64,000 nucleotides of DNA from Eledone cirrhosa (GCA_964016885.1 OZ024755.1:11284001-11348000), one strand, 5' to 3'. Shown: positions 1 to 14,581, counted from the first letter of the stretch. Notes: generated from the sequence alone by a model not told the origin. Made by a program: numbers and translations.

Positions 1-399
1 AATTTGAGGTTAAGCAAAACTGTATAGACACATTTTTCAACGAGGCGTCAGTGGTAGGAACGACTCTTTGTGTGTGTGTGTGTGTGTGTGTGTGTGAGTG
101 TGTGTGAGTCTGGGTGTGTGTCTGGGTGTGTGTGAGTCTCTGTCTGTATGTGTGTGTGTCTGTTTGGGTATATATGAGTCTGTGTGTGTATGTTTAACAT
201 TCATAAGCAGCGATAAAAGAATTTCGAGCCTACAATCTAAAGTAATGTGTTTTCAACTGATTAGTTGACAGTTGCATATACATGGAGGATGATAAAATAT
301 CAGTGTGGGTCTATTAGTATTCACTTAATCAACAGCAGGGGGCGCTGCAATTAAGACAACAAACATATCCCCAACACAATGACGACAGCAACTGTAGCA

Positions 400-1285
400 G
401 TGAGAGAAAACAACAATAACAACAGCGGCAACCGCAACAACAATAACAACGACAGCAGCAGCATCATCACCAACAACAACAGCAGCAGCAACAACAGTAA
501 AGACGACAACAACATCATCGTCAACAATTAGAATAACATCAACAACAGGAAAACCAATTACAACAACAACAAGGAAAACAGTGAGAAGTAACAACAACAC
601 CATCAACAACAACAACTACTACAACAACAGTGAGACAACAACAACAACAATGGCAGTAGCAACACCAACAACGAGGTAGCAACATCAACAACAACAGTGA
701 GAGATGTAACAACAATAACAATAACAACAACTGTGAGAGATGTAACACCAACAACAGCACCAACAATAACAACTGTGAGAGAGGTAACATCAACAAAAAC
801 AACACCAATAACAACACCACCACCAACAACAGTGAAAGAGGTAACATCAACAAAAACAACAACAATAACAACACCAACAATAACAACAACAACAGTGAAA
901 GAGGTAACATCAACAAAAACAACAACAACAACAACACCAACAATAACAATAACAACAACAGTGAAAGAGGTAACATCAACAAAAACAACAACAACAATAA
1001 CAACAACTGTGAAAGGTAACATCAACAAAAACAAAAACAACAACAACAACAACACCAACAATAACAATAACAACAACAACAGTGAAAGAGGTAACATCAA
1101 CAAAAACAACAACAACAATAACAACAACTGTGAGAGGTAACATCAACAAAAACATCACCAACAACACCAACAATAACAACAACAACTGTAAGAGAGGTAA
1201 CACCAACAAAAACAACAACAACAATAACAACAACAATAACAACAACAATTAGAGATGTAACAACAACAACAACAGTGAGAAAGAT
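400..1285. repeat. (AAC)n-based compound repeat with an about 55-65-bp higher-order unit
   Basis: Recurrent gtgaaagaggtaacatcaacaaaaacaac separated by variable AAC/AAT runs. Confidence 0.9.
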
Positions 1286-1473
1286 AGCAATAACTCAGCA
1301 ACGACAAGTATAGGACAAAATGTAGGACATGATTTAAAACAAATTATTTCTGTGAATGTCATGTTGAAGAGTACAATTTGCTGTCAGAGAAAATTACATT
1401 CCTTTCGCTTTCTTGGCATTCTTTCTAATTCTCCTTATACCCCTTATTAGACTGTAATTTCACATCTCAATTC

Positions 1474-2448
<975 letters not shown>

Positions 2449-2627
2449 ATTTCTCATTCTCTCCATTTCTTTTGACCTCCCAGCCCTCCACTTTCTCTTG
2501 CGTGCAGCAGAAAGGCATCAGCATGCCAGAAAGTTCTTGTTAAAAGGTAGAGACAAGCGTATCAGTCTTAATAAAAGTGTTTTCTACACGTGTGTTTGTA
2601 TTTTCTTTTATGTTCATCCAAATCCGA

Positions 2628-2697
<70 letters not shown>

Positions 2698-2829
2698 GTG
2701 AGGTTTTTTTTTACAAAATGAAAAATAACCGAGGTGTCCTACACGAGTGGAAGTATAAAGAAAAAGGGATGAAATCGAAAATGCAACTGAAGTCCTATTT
2801 TTTTTAAAAATATATATATTTATTTGGTT

Positions 2830-2867
2830 CCTTTACCGGTTTCGCCGTTCTTCTGCTTTTCAAAAGG
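2830..2867 (-). ncRNA. Mirror copy of the U3-A8 hammerhead in the other palindrome arm
   Basis: Minus strand: CCTT TTGAAAA GCAG aagaa CGGC GAAA CCGG TA AAGG, with one stem II mismatch. Confidence 0.65.
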
Positions 2868-2948
2868 TGAGTTGAGATGGAGGGTCTGTGGTTTTTCTCA
2901 CATCTCATATATATGTGAGAAAAACCACAGACCCTCCATCTCAACTCA

Positions 2949-2986
2949 CCTTTTGAAAAGCAGAAGAACTGCGAAACCGGTAAAGG
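2949..2986 (+). ncRNA. Minimal hammerhead ribozyme, U3-A8 core variant
   Basis: CCTT TTGAAAA GCAG aagaa CTGC GAAA CCGG TA AAGG. All three stems are perfect; the core is UUGAAAA instead of CUGANGA (compensatory change of the 3-8 pair). Confidence 0.72.
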
Positions 2987-3120
2987 AACCAAATAAATAT
3001 ATATATTTAAAAAAAAAATAAGACTTCAGTTGCATTTTCGATTTCATCCCTTTTTCTTTATATATATATATATATAGTTTCCATTTATTAATATCGTATA
3101 TATATATATATATATATATA

Positions 3121-3312
3121 ACGAAGGAATTGTGGTAAGGAACCAGATGGACCATAACGCACCAGAGTACTCAATACTTAGGGTAGTAGAGTGGGAAATA
3201 GGAAAAAGTATGACCCCGACGGCAGAGCTCAAGCCGTTTCGACGGCTATTTCTTGTCCAGAAATAGCCGTCGAAACGGCTTGAGCTCTGCCGTCGGGGTC
3301 GTACTTGTTCCT
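3121..3312 (-). mobile_element. Family A palindromic mini-element in (TA)n
   Basis: About 55-bp inverted arms (3198-3253 / 3259-3313) plus an about 80-bp unpaired tail ending ...ccttcgt(TA)n. Arms contain the GAAA-cggc...gccg-TC 3' half of a hammerhead. Confidence 0.75.
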
Positions 3313-3645
3313 ATATATATATATATATACATATATATACACATATATATATATACACACACACACATATATATACACACACACACACATATACACACAC
3401 ATATATATACACACATATATATATACACACATATATATACACATATATACACACATATATATATACACTCACATATATATATATACACTCACATATATAT
3501 ATATATACACACATATATATATATACACACATATATATATATACACACACATATATATCTATACACACACATATATATCTATACACACACATATATATCT
3601 ATACACACACATGTATATCTATCTCTATATATATACATACATACG

Positions 3646-3677
<32 letters not shown>

Positions 3678-3962
3678 TCATCATCATTTTACGTACGCTT
3701 TTCCTTGCTTGCAAGGGTGGGACGGGAACTGATTCTGGCTTGATTTCTACAGCTGGATGCCCTTCCTAACACCAACCTCATTTACAGTGAGTGCTGGGTG
3801 CTTTTTTGTCGTGGCACCTCCACGACCACTTTGCAGTGGAATGATAGGGACCCCAGTCCTTATTTCATTTCTACAGCTGAGTAAACTGTGAAATAAAGTG
3901 TCTTGCTCAAGGAAACAACACCCGGTCTGAGAATTGGCCTGGTGATGTGTTGAAATATATAT

Positions 3963-4033
<71 letters not shown>

Positions 4034-5869
4034 CACAAACACATATATATATACACAAACACACATATATATATATATACACACACACACATATATATAT
4101 ATACACACACACATATATATATATATACACACACACATATATATATATATACACACACACATATATATATATATACACACACACATATATGGAATGTGCT
4201 AGAAATTGAGATTATTAGACCTTCGTGGAAAGTGTGAGTGGAGGGAGGGTCGTCCGTCGGTTGCGACGACGAGTGTTCCAATTGATTCGAACAACGGAAC
4301 AACCTGCTCATGAAATGGACATGCAAGGGGCTGAGCATTCCACAGACACCTCGTTTTCAGAGAGCACTCATTTGTTTCCAGTTGAGTGAATTGGGCAACG
4401 TTAAATAAAGGGTCTTGCTCAAAGGTTCAACGCGCCGCCCTATATGGGACCCGAGCTGACAACTTAAAAAACGTGGGCTGGACACCACTAACCAATTAGT
4501 CACGCGCCTTCACTAAATCGCATAAGAGTTGTCCAGAAGAGAAAAATACAAAAAGAAAAAAGGCGGAGTGGGTGGACTCCCCTCGGTTTCGACGATGAGT
4601 GTTACGGTTGGACGATAAACGAAACAGCCTACACATGTAGTTGAGCATTCCGCAGATATGTGTACTCTTATCGTAATTCTCAGGGAGATTCAGCGACACA
4701 CAATGTGTGATGAGGTTGGATCCGATGGGCTTTCAAACAGATTCTCGCAACGCAATTTCATTCAAAAGGTATTGTTCGATTTGAGGCTAAATGACACTTG
4801 CTCAATATTCCTCGCAGTCTGATCGAACCTGAGACCTAATGATTGCAAAGTAAACTCCTTAACCATTCAGTAATGCAGTGTCCACTTAGATGAAAACAGA
4901 GAGACAGACAAGGGTGCTTTGGAGTGCAGAACTATATTTGTCTGGTTGCTTAACGAGACGAGAATCTAAAACGTGACTTTAGGGTATTATATTTAATATT
5001 TACTTAATTTATTTAATAATTTTTAATAACATAATTATTAATTTTCATGTCAATTATATTTAACAATTTCAATCTGTCTGACCTGCCATTAAAGCTTTCG
5101 GCATTTACGTGGCAGCGACCTTTTCGGGGTGACAAGTTGAACAGTGAGTTCTTTAGAATGGTTTGGCATATTTCAGAGGAAGTAGTTACTTAAGAGTAAA
5201 GGATTGGCAAATAGCCATCTCGTCTCACACATTTTTATCTTCCGTTATTTCACTCCTGCCACCCCCATCAGTTTGCTTGCGTAAGTTAAAAGGTGTTAAA
5301 ATATACAAAGAACAGAAAGATTTATAGGTTGATGGAATAGCAGAGAAGGTAAATGATATGAATTTGTATCAGTTAAGAATCAAAGCATCGCAGTTTCAAC
5401 TTACCACAAATTTCGACGTGTTTCTGTGGTATGAGTTCTTTTATTGAAATAAATGTAGCCAAATTTCTCTTCCGAATGTGAATATTTGTTTTTATTTTCG
5501 CATTGTAACGATATTTTTAAAGGACATACGTCGAACATTTGATTATAACTCACCACTTGTTTGTTGTGTTGTGGTATATAATTAACAAAGAGGTAAACAC
5601 ACACACACACACAAAAGATTTAGATGGAATAAAATACTGGCATGCATTTCTGGTTACAGAATTTGAGAAAAAGTTGGTTGATATGTAATCATATTCTTAA
5701 AAGGCATAGGTCCCACGTCTTATCAAGAGTCAACCGTTGATCCGTTTGAATCAGAAACTGATGAACTATGTACCATCCAAAACAGCTTGTGTGTTTCTAA
5801 TTTTGAAATACTTTTGTTTCTTTCAAACCTTGTACGTCTTATGTTCTCCTGTGTTGTGTAGCGCAGAGT

Positions 5870-6063
5870 GACATGCCTCGTCTAACAACACACGGTCTAC
5901 TGTTGGTCATTCGCATCCGTTCCAGGTGACCATGACGACTTTCTGATCGTTTTCGAATATCTGCCGTCAGCTGATCCTCTGTTTGTCTCCGGGAGGAGTT
6001 CAAGTCACCACTGTTTTCGAGGACCGGTGAACGAAGCCAGCCAGGCGAAACCTTCGTTCCATT
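5870..6063 (-). mobile_element. Highly decayed RTE-like LINE 3' fragment
   Basis: ERRFRLAGFVHRS...KTVVT*TPPG...RIS*RQIFEND, with TGA at expected Trp positions. Confidence 0.5.
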
Positions 6064-6146
6064 TAGTTTTCTTCTACTTTCCTATTTGCTAATGCCCCTC
6101 CTTATATCTTCTATCTTTTCTTTGACGCACCTTTCCTACCTCCATT

Positions 6147-6530
6147 GGTGGATTAGCAGTATCGGTAGAGGGTCGGACACCATGCTTTGACGCATAGAGT
6201 TGCGGCCCTTGCCATTCTGAGTTCAAATTCCGCCGAGGTTAACTTAGCCTTTCATCCTTACGGGGTTGAAAAAGTAAAGTACCAGTAATACACTGGAATA
6301 ATTGCTGGCCTTGTGCCAAAAGTAGAACAATTATTTATTATGGCCGGTGGTTTGGCAGTATCGGTAGAGGGTCGGATGCCATGCTTTGCAGCATAGAGTC
6401 ACAGCCCTTTATGATCTGAGTTCAAATCCCGCCGAGGTAAACTTTGCCTTTCATCCTTACGGGGCCGATAAAATAAAGTACTGGGATAATTGCTGGCCTT
6501 GTGCCAAAAGTAGAAACGATTATTTATTAT
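6147..6530 (+). mobile_element. Tandem pair of tRNA-derived SINEs with Meta-like central domain
   Basis: Two head-to-tail units of about 190 bp: ggtggattggcagtatcggtagag...gagttcaaatcccgccgagg...gcctttcatccttacggggtcgataaaataaagtacc...ggccttgtgccaaaagtagaaacaattatt. Confidence 0.85.
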
Positions 6531-6552
6531 GGCCCTTTATGTTCATTATACT

Positions 6553-6760
6553 TTTGTAGCTGTCTCTGTGGCCTAGTTGGAAAAATCATAGACGGTGGTA
6601 ATCCTGGTCGGGAGTAGGGTTCCCGGTAAAACTTTTCAGTTTTTTCTATTGATTGTAAAATAAAAACTGAAAAATGTTACATGTACCTCTTGACCAGGAT
6701 TGAAGCCAAGGTCAGGATCTCCACCGTCTCTAGTACCTAGGCCACTGAGACAACTACGAA
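6553..6760. repeat. Imperfect fold-back (MITE-like) element
   Basis: Nested complementary blocks: gtagctgtctctgtggcctag / ctaggccactgagacaactac, agacggtgg / ccaccgtct, aatcctggtc / gaccaggatt, ttttcagttttt / aaaaactgaaaa. Confidence 0.65.
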
Positions 6761-8743
6761 AATCTTATGAAAATTCATACTTATAAACCTACTTTCAAAA
6801 TAAGTGTTGTGGCGTCGTTCGTGTCTTTCTTAATGTTATTGCTCTTACTTAAAGTCGACTTTCAATAATGACCTTTGGTCTTTCACACTCACTCAAAATA
6901 TATATATTCTTTCTCTTAGATTTCAGGTATATTTTAAAGCAAAGCATTGGCCGCTGAAATGCTACTGTGGGCTCTTGCAATGCTACCGTGGGACCTCTGG
7001 GGCCCATTTGCCATTGGGCAAGCCTGCAACCTGGCCAGTCCGCCACTGGCACTATATATCCATAAAAAAACAACTTTCCACTAAATATGAATCCTCCTAA
7101 TCAGAATTTCTAGCAGCAATAGTTCAAATAATATCCACGTGAGTACAGAACTTAACGCTGTACATATTTCGTTAACCTGCAGTGCTAAGCCATATTTGTT
7201 TTATGGAATCTATTTACAGTGAGCCAACAACAACAAAAAATACAACACGACTGTTAAGTTTACTATAATTAACAACCATTAAATTCTACAAATCTTATCC
7301 ATCCGCCTTAAAGTTGGATAAATTTAATTTAAAGTTATCCTGAATATGCCAGAAAATACCACGAGATGTTTGGTCGAACGATATCAGTTTTTCAGAGAAA
7401 TATTATTCCCAACACGTATGAGAATAATATTTACATATAAACACAAAAAGCGAAGACTTTGTGAAACAAATTATTAACTGTTTAAAACAAATATTTTCCA
7501 ATATACTCACATAAATATAATAAAGAGCACCGTTTTCATGAACTCCACATACGTACACGTTACTTCAGAAGCAACAACAATGGCGGAAACAACAACAATG
7601 GCGGAAACAATAAAAACGATACGAATACAAATTATCGTTATTCCCTCCCTTCCCAAAGTAACAGCTCAGCAGAAATGCATTTTAAAAAATACCAACATTT
7701 CATAAACACAAATACAACATATAACTATAAACAGGAAACATTAAACAACACTGCAATACAAGAGAAATTGCATAGGAAACATTTTTATAGAACAAACATA
7801 TGTCAGTACAAACAAATACACAATTACAGTAATCCCAAAACAACAGATTTAAAATACAATTATCAAATCCAGTGTCATCAATCTTCCTAGCAATACATGA
7901 TAACATCAACTGCAACCAACCATCACAACTATGACCATACCACATATACACACAAGTCAAAAACAATGGGAGTTACATATAGCATTCATAATACATATAA
8001 AAGACATACTAAAGAAATCAGAACGACACACAAACATAGATAATTAATCACAAATACCCACATTTGCCCAACAGAACGAACAATGATAAACAAACAATAT
8101 ACAAATGTCATCTCGTTAATAGGTAACCGTATCATTGTTAAATAGATTGTATTTATTGTGGTGTGACGAGCAAAACAATATATGAATATTATGTCTTTAA
8201 TAGTTAACCATGTCGGTGTCAAATAAATTGCGTTTATTGCGATCTGACCAGCAAGATAACATGATAGACAAGCATGCCTGATCACATCTATTCTAGACTT
8301 CCTACAGACCAGGGGTAGGCAATGTGAACATTGACTGAATAAAAGATTTATTTTGTAATGTTTTAGACACAAAGTCAGTTATTGTGTTTATATGAAATGG
8401 CAATACAGTTGTATGTATCGGTCCTAACTCCTGAGGAAATCGTAGGGACCCTGTATTGACATACAGCATATCTAAGGTATTTTTTAAAAACTTCACGAAC
8501 CCCATCTCCTCTTCAGGTCAGAATACAGCAGATTTTTTCCATAGGAGGATAAAGAGGGAGAGAATGGAAATGAGAATGAGATAGAGAGGAAGAATCGATC
8601 CCAGTTCTAGACTGGTACTTTTTTTTATTGACTGAAATGGATGAAAGGCAGTTGGCCTCAGCGGGATTTGGACTCAGAAAGCAGAGGGCTTGAACGAATA
8701 CCTCAAAGCATTCTAACGACTGCACTTCGCCATCAACAACGTG

Positions 8744-9272
8744 CAGGGTGGTCCGAAAGTCTTGTCACCCCTTGTCACATATTGTTTTAACTTTCATTAT
8801 TTTTTGTTTTAATAATATAATATATAATATCATTAATTATAATATATAATAATAATTATTATTTCTACTTTTGGCACAAGGCCATCAATTATCTAGTACA
8901 TTACTGATACTTTATTTTATCGACCCCGTAAGGATGAAAGGCAAAGTTAACCTCGGCGGGATTTGAACTCAGACCGCAAAGGGACGTGACTATGCTGGAA
9001 AGCATGGCGTCCGATCCTCTACCAATACTGCCAATAATAATAATAATAATATTTTCTATTTCAGAGCTCCTACAGTTTGGAAGAGAGGCTGCTTGCAAGT
9101 GTATGGACACATGATCGTGTACATTCTGGTAAGAGCATGGAGGACGTGTGACATGACTTCACTGCAAGATTCAGCCAACCAGCTCCTCCGAAGAGGACGA
9201 TACTGCGCTGGGAACATAAACTGTTTCCAATCACTTTTTGGTAGGCGGTGACAAGACTTTCGGACCACCCTG
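8744..9272 (+). mobile_element. Internally deleted Tc1/mariner-superfamily DNA transposon with nested SINE
   Basis: Perfect 26-bp TIRs cagggtggtccgaaagtcttgtcacc (8744-8769) and ggtgacaagactttcggaccaccctg (9247-9272). Right flank is TA, left flank TG. Internal remnant LEERLLASVW...F...PAPPKRTILRWEHKLF resembles an N-terminal transposase HTH. SINE nested at about 8858-9033. Confidence 0.82.
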
Positions 9273-12200
9273 TAGTTACAGTAGTCCAATAATAGAAACG
9301 TTACAACAGATACATAATTTGCAATCTCTAGTTTCAATGACACTATATTTAGATCAATCATGAATTTTACCATCACAACATGGGCTCTATCATCTGTATG
9401 TACGATGATACTTCATGTATATCTATCATGAATTATATCATTACTGCATGGGCTTCACAATCTCTCAACAATAAACTTCAAAGACTTCAAACAGTATACT
9501 ACACATCATAACATGCTGTACACTGACAACAGACTGCAAAATGGAAAAATATTTAAGATGGAAGACCAATTAAAAATGCAAGAATTACAGGTTCTTGTGG
9601 TCAGTAAACCTTCAGTTCCTGACACTGAATTTCTCTGTATATCATCATCATCACCATTTTACGTCCATTCTTCCAAAGCTAGCATGGGTTAGATGGGTTG
9701 TCTTGTTATGGGCAAGGCCTGGTCGGATGACCTTGTCTTGCTCATACAGTAACTGATTTTGGGTTGATTTCTATAGCTGATGCCCTTCCTAACACCAACC
9801 TCGTTTACAGTGAGTACTGGATGCTTTTTTACCATAGCACCTACATGACCACTTTACAGTGTGGGCTGGGTGCTTTTTTTTGTCATGACACCGCCACGAC
9901 CACTTTGCAGTGGGAAGGGGTCGGGCATATTGTCTATATGCTTCAGCTTTGGCTTGTACCCGTGGGAAGTCGGGTCTTCTGGATTATTGCATGACGCCAG
10001 AGGTCATGGTCCTGTGTCATCGCCTTTCAGAGGTGTAATTAGGCAAGGTCAGCTTTTATCACCTCATCCCAGGTCTTCTTGGGTCTCCCCACTCCAAGGC
10101 TTCCAATAGGTACACCACATCCCTGCATGTTGTATGAGGCGACTAAATGGTCAGCACCATCTCTGTGTATATCTAGTTTACAATAGGTTCATCACATTCC
10201 TTGCATTTCATAAAAGATGACAAAATGGGTGGGCGCCATCGCTTTGTGTATCTGGTTTAGAATAGGTATACTGTATACCTATGTGTCGTAAGAGGTTGGT
10301 ACCATCTCTGACTGTATCTGATATAGAATAAGTGCCTTTAGTAGTGACTAACCAATGGTTTATACTTGGAAATTTCCTCATCATGGTGCAAGCCTGGCCA
10401 AGTTGTTTTATGGAGGACCAATAGTTGCCTATGCATACCAGCCACCACTTCTACACCACTGATGCAAAAGGAAAGACCAGTACAACTTGCTACCAATATC
10501 ACCATAACCCATTCATTTCTAGCTGAAGACTGAAGCAACATGAAATGAGGGGCTTTGCTCATGGATTCAACATGTCATGTGATCTGTTAATTGAACTCAC
10601 AACATTATTATCGTAAGTTCAACACTAACACTAAGCAAAATGATTTTTTTTTTTTAAAAAGGAAAAAAAAAACCACTTATAAAATAAAATAACTTGCAAT
10701 GATAAAGTCAAAATAAAATATTTAAAAACTAATTTTAAATCAGCAACAAATACATCTTTATTTTTAAAGTATTTTATTATTATTATTATCATATATAAGT
10801 ATATAGCAATTGATTTCAATTTTACAACAATTAGAATAAAAATAAAATGAAAATTGAAAAAAAAAACATTCAAACCATTTAACGAATGCAGAAATGAATC
10901 TTTGTACTTTGTTGTATTTTTATTATTTTTATTTTTTAGTTTTTATGCAATTCGATAACTTTTTAATGCAAATTTTGCAGCATATGTTGCCTTAAAAAGT
11001 TTTCCTGAGGTATATTTATAAAATTTTATAATGGTTTCTCACATAGACGGTGCTATATTAACCCATGAACAAGTCCAAAGGCTTTAAAGTATTTCAGGCA
11101 CTTCTTTCACCCACCCTGCAGCTCAAAATAATTGATGGGTCCTCAGTATATATGGTACTGCTAGATTTCTGCCTAGTCACCCTTATGAGTAATATGACCC
11201 TGCACATAGATATAAGCCCCTTACCCAAATTCATAGGAAAGTGGTTGAATCAGTTGAGCCAAATCAGAATTTAAATGATACTCATATCATTAATACTCAT
11301 TTCTGGTTAGGTGCCCCCGTAACACTACATGTCATAAAAGGCAACTAAAAGGGTTGGCACCAGAAAAGACATTTGGTTGTAAAAAATTGCCTTAAAAAGG
11401 ACCCTATGATGAGTATATGAAATCTATCATGAGTCCTGCAAGGTTAATCCTTGCTACGGGAGGGAAAATGGATTTAAAACATTTGATGTTATCATTTAAT
11501 TAACACCCAGAATGGTGAAAGAAATATGGAGAAGGTTTGGATAGAATTAAATAGTGACATGTATCTCTGGAAAGGGAACATGAGAAAAAATTGTTTCTTA
11601 TGTCAAAGTCCTGAGAAGATGTACTTAGGTAATAGTGACATTGTAGTTATTGTTGGTGAGCAGCTTAAATGATGAGATGTAGACTGGGCTATATTAACTC
11701 ATGGCTAAGTACCTGGTTTTTCAGGTATTTGGGGCCCTTTCTAACATTTCAATCTTGTACCATACTATGAAAAAGAAAGAATTGAGAGGCCCCTAGTACC
11801 TGCATGACCCTAGACTTCAACCTAACCAATTTTATGAATAATACAGCCCTAATTACAGATGAATGAGTAAATAGGGTATTGAGACTAAAGAACATTGTGT
11901 CAATGAAAATGTCAACTAACACACCATAGTAGCAACATCAATAATAATAATTGTTTCTACTTTAGGCACAAGACCAGCAAATAACCAGTACATTACTGGT
12001 ACTTTATTTTATCGACCCCGTAAAATATAATAATAATAATGGTTTCTATTTAAGGCACAAGACCAGCAATTCAGGGCATTGACTAGGAGATGGTCAGATA
12101 AATCAACTCCATTACTAGTAGGCAGGGTTTGAACTTGAAATGCTGATGGTTGAATAAAATACTGCAAAGCATTCTATCCAATGTTCTAATAATCTTATCA

Positions 12201-12834
12201 ATCCACCATTCTAACAACAACATCAATAATAATAATTGTTTCTACTTTTGGCACAAGGCCAGCAATTACCCAGTGCATTACTGGTACTTTGTTTTATCGA
12301 CCCCGTAAGGATGAAAGGCAAAGTCAACCTCGGCAGGATTTGATAATAATATTATTTGATAACAATGATAATAATAATAGTTTCTAATTTAGGCCATTTG
12401 GGAGGGATGGAAACAGTCAATAATATTGACCCCAACCTCGACCAGGAATGGATTGGTACTTATTCCAATGCTTATCCCATGATGTAAATCTTTCCAGGAT
12501 TTAAACTCAAAATGTAATTAAATATTGAATTAAAACCATCGCCCTATTAGTTCTGCTCATCGTCACTCTCATGATAAAATAACACTAATAATTGTTTCAG
12601 GTTTTAGGAACAAAGCTAGCAAATTGAAGGGAGGGGCAATGTTGATTAAACCAACTCCAGTATATCACTGGTACTTTATTTTATCGACCCTGGAAGGATG
12701 AAAGGCAAAGTTGACCTCAGCGGAATTTGAACTCAGAATGTAAAATCCTAGAACAAAATTCACCAAATCACCACCCAAATATTTATGATGACAATTCAAA
12801 TATTTTTTATATTCCATCTTCATTGTAATTCCAG

Positions 12835-12871
<37 letters not shown>

Positions 12872-12931
12872 CATATACATACATACAAACATATACATAC
12901 ATACATATATACACATATACCTATACACACA

Positions 12932-12970
<39 letters not shown>

Positions 12971-13943
12971 AAATTCAAAAACGATATATATATATATATA
13001 AACTTTCAATGTAATTTCAAAAGCTAATGATTTTTTTTCAAAATAATTTTTTTTTTTTTTTGCTCGGCTTTTAAAAAATGTTAAACATCTATATTTTTGT
13101 TCTATTCAGATATTAACTGGAGAACAAAGGTAAAAAAAAAAAAATTCAATATTTAATTTAATTAAATAATTAATTTAATAATGTATGTATGCATAGATAT
13201 GACCAGATGTTATTGGAACTCAGTCATGTTCACTTAACATTGTTTATATAAATGATGTACAAGAGTGTGTGTATACACAAACATGTTTAGATGAATACAT
13301 ATATATATGTATGTATATATTTATGTATATTTACATATACATAAACATATGCATACACACACACATACATACATACATGTACAAACACATATATGATTTG
13401 ATTGACTTTCAAAATATTGGGAAATATGAAAATATAGTTGCTGCAGTGCAGATAACTATAAGTAACAGTTGAATAAATTGGATAAAGTACACATGGAGAC
13501 AGAAAAAAAGGGACAGAGATGCCTCCAAGTTATCAAACTTCGCATTCAACTATTAATATTGTTCCCTGCATTGTGGTGACTATATCGTTAAGTATATATA
13601 TATAAATATATTTCTTTTACACATACATTTCTGTGTGTGTATGTGTGTGTAAGTTTTTATAAATAAACACTAATACTTTCATACTGAAATGGATATCATT
13701 ATAAAATTTTACTCATTTTAAAATACCACTGTGAAAGATATTGGTGTATTGGATTATATATATATATGTATATATATATTGTTATACTTGGGGAGGGTCA
13801 TATTGTTGTAATAATATTGCCAGAAATGATAACAGAACACCCTCACTGTTTGGTTGGTTTTCGCTTCTGTATCTTTTATATCTCCACAGTTAATTCATTC
13901 GGTACTCAATGTTTATCATTGACTGACCAACGGTCAAAAATAC

Positions 13944-14168
13944 AGTGCTGGCCGCATTCCACACCATGCTGCTCTCAACGAGGTCATTAAGCATGGCTTG
14001 GATGCTGCAGGCTTCCCTTCCCAGCTCGAGCCGGTGGGGCTGGATCGAGGGGACGGCACAAGGCCAGATGGCATGACCATCTTCCCGTTCCGTGGTGGCA
14101 AACCCCTCATCTGGGATGCTACTTGCACCAACACTTTCTGCAGCTGCAACCTGGTGCATCGCATATCA
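13944..14168 (+). pseudogene. Fragment of a restriction-like endonuclease domain of a CRE-type non-LTR retrotransposon
   Basis: Open frame not in the ORF track: SAGRIPHHAALNEVIKHGLDAAGFPSQLEPVGLDRGDGTRPDGMTIFPFRGGKPLIWDATCTNTF. It matches the H..LN..I / LEP.GL.R.DG.RPDG.T..P...G..L.WDATC pattern of CRE-like RLE domains. Confidence 0.8.
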
Positions 14169-14336
14169 TTTTTATAAATATGACAACAATCTATCCAACT
14201 AACGACGTATTATCTTTGCTTTTTTTCCGTTCTTTCTGTATTAAGATATTAGCAAATTATAACACATATATATAGTCTAACAAAGTTCTTTTGTAGATGG
14301 CGTAGATATACAATACAACAGGAGGAACATAATAGT

Positions 14337-14380
14337 ACCACTGATGATGTTGCAGATGTGCAACGAAAGTACTTTGTGGT
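14337..14380 (+). ncRNA. Type I hammerhead ribozyme (canonical core)
   Basis: acca CTGATGA t-GTTGCA gatg TGCAAC GAAA GTAC TT tg-tggt. Perfect 6-bp stem II and palindromic stem III. Distal tagatata (14303-14310) / tatatcta (14381-14388) can extend stem I. Confidence 0.75.
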
Positions 14381-14581
14381 TATATCTATATTATATCTGT
14401 ATTTTTGACCGTTGGTCAGTCAATGATAAACATTGAGGACCAAATGAATTAACTGTGGAGATATAAAAGATACAGAAGCGAAAACCAACCAAACAGTGAG
14501 TGTGTTCTGTTATCATTTCTGGCAATATTATTACAACAATATTTGTTTTGACACACAATTTCATATCAAAAACCTCGCAAA

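Larger units (their letters stand above)
2691..3062 (-). mobile_element. Fold-back mini-element (PLE pseudo-LTR inverted pair plus tail) in (TA)n
   Basis: Arms about 2754-2903 and 2913-3062 are near-perfect reverse complements with a 9-nt loop. Unpaired tail 2691-2753, hammerhead in each arm, (TA)n on both flanks. Confidence 0.75.

Noticed and set aside
697-1140. Mucin-like Thr-rich ORF (TTVKEVTSTK repeats)
   Set aside because: AAC-based repeat whose motif shifts frame along the array; no signal peptide or convincing splice context.
7100-8500. Repeat-poor unique stretch that might be an exon or long UTR
   Set aside because: No credible ORF, splice pair or recognisable motif; cannot be assigned from sequence alone.
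11085-11152. Minus-strand CTGAGGA-cccatc...ggtggg-t-GAAA hammerhead-like string
   Set aside because: Stem II pairs, but stem I cannot form and the stem III register is inconsistent; no microsatellite flanks.
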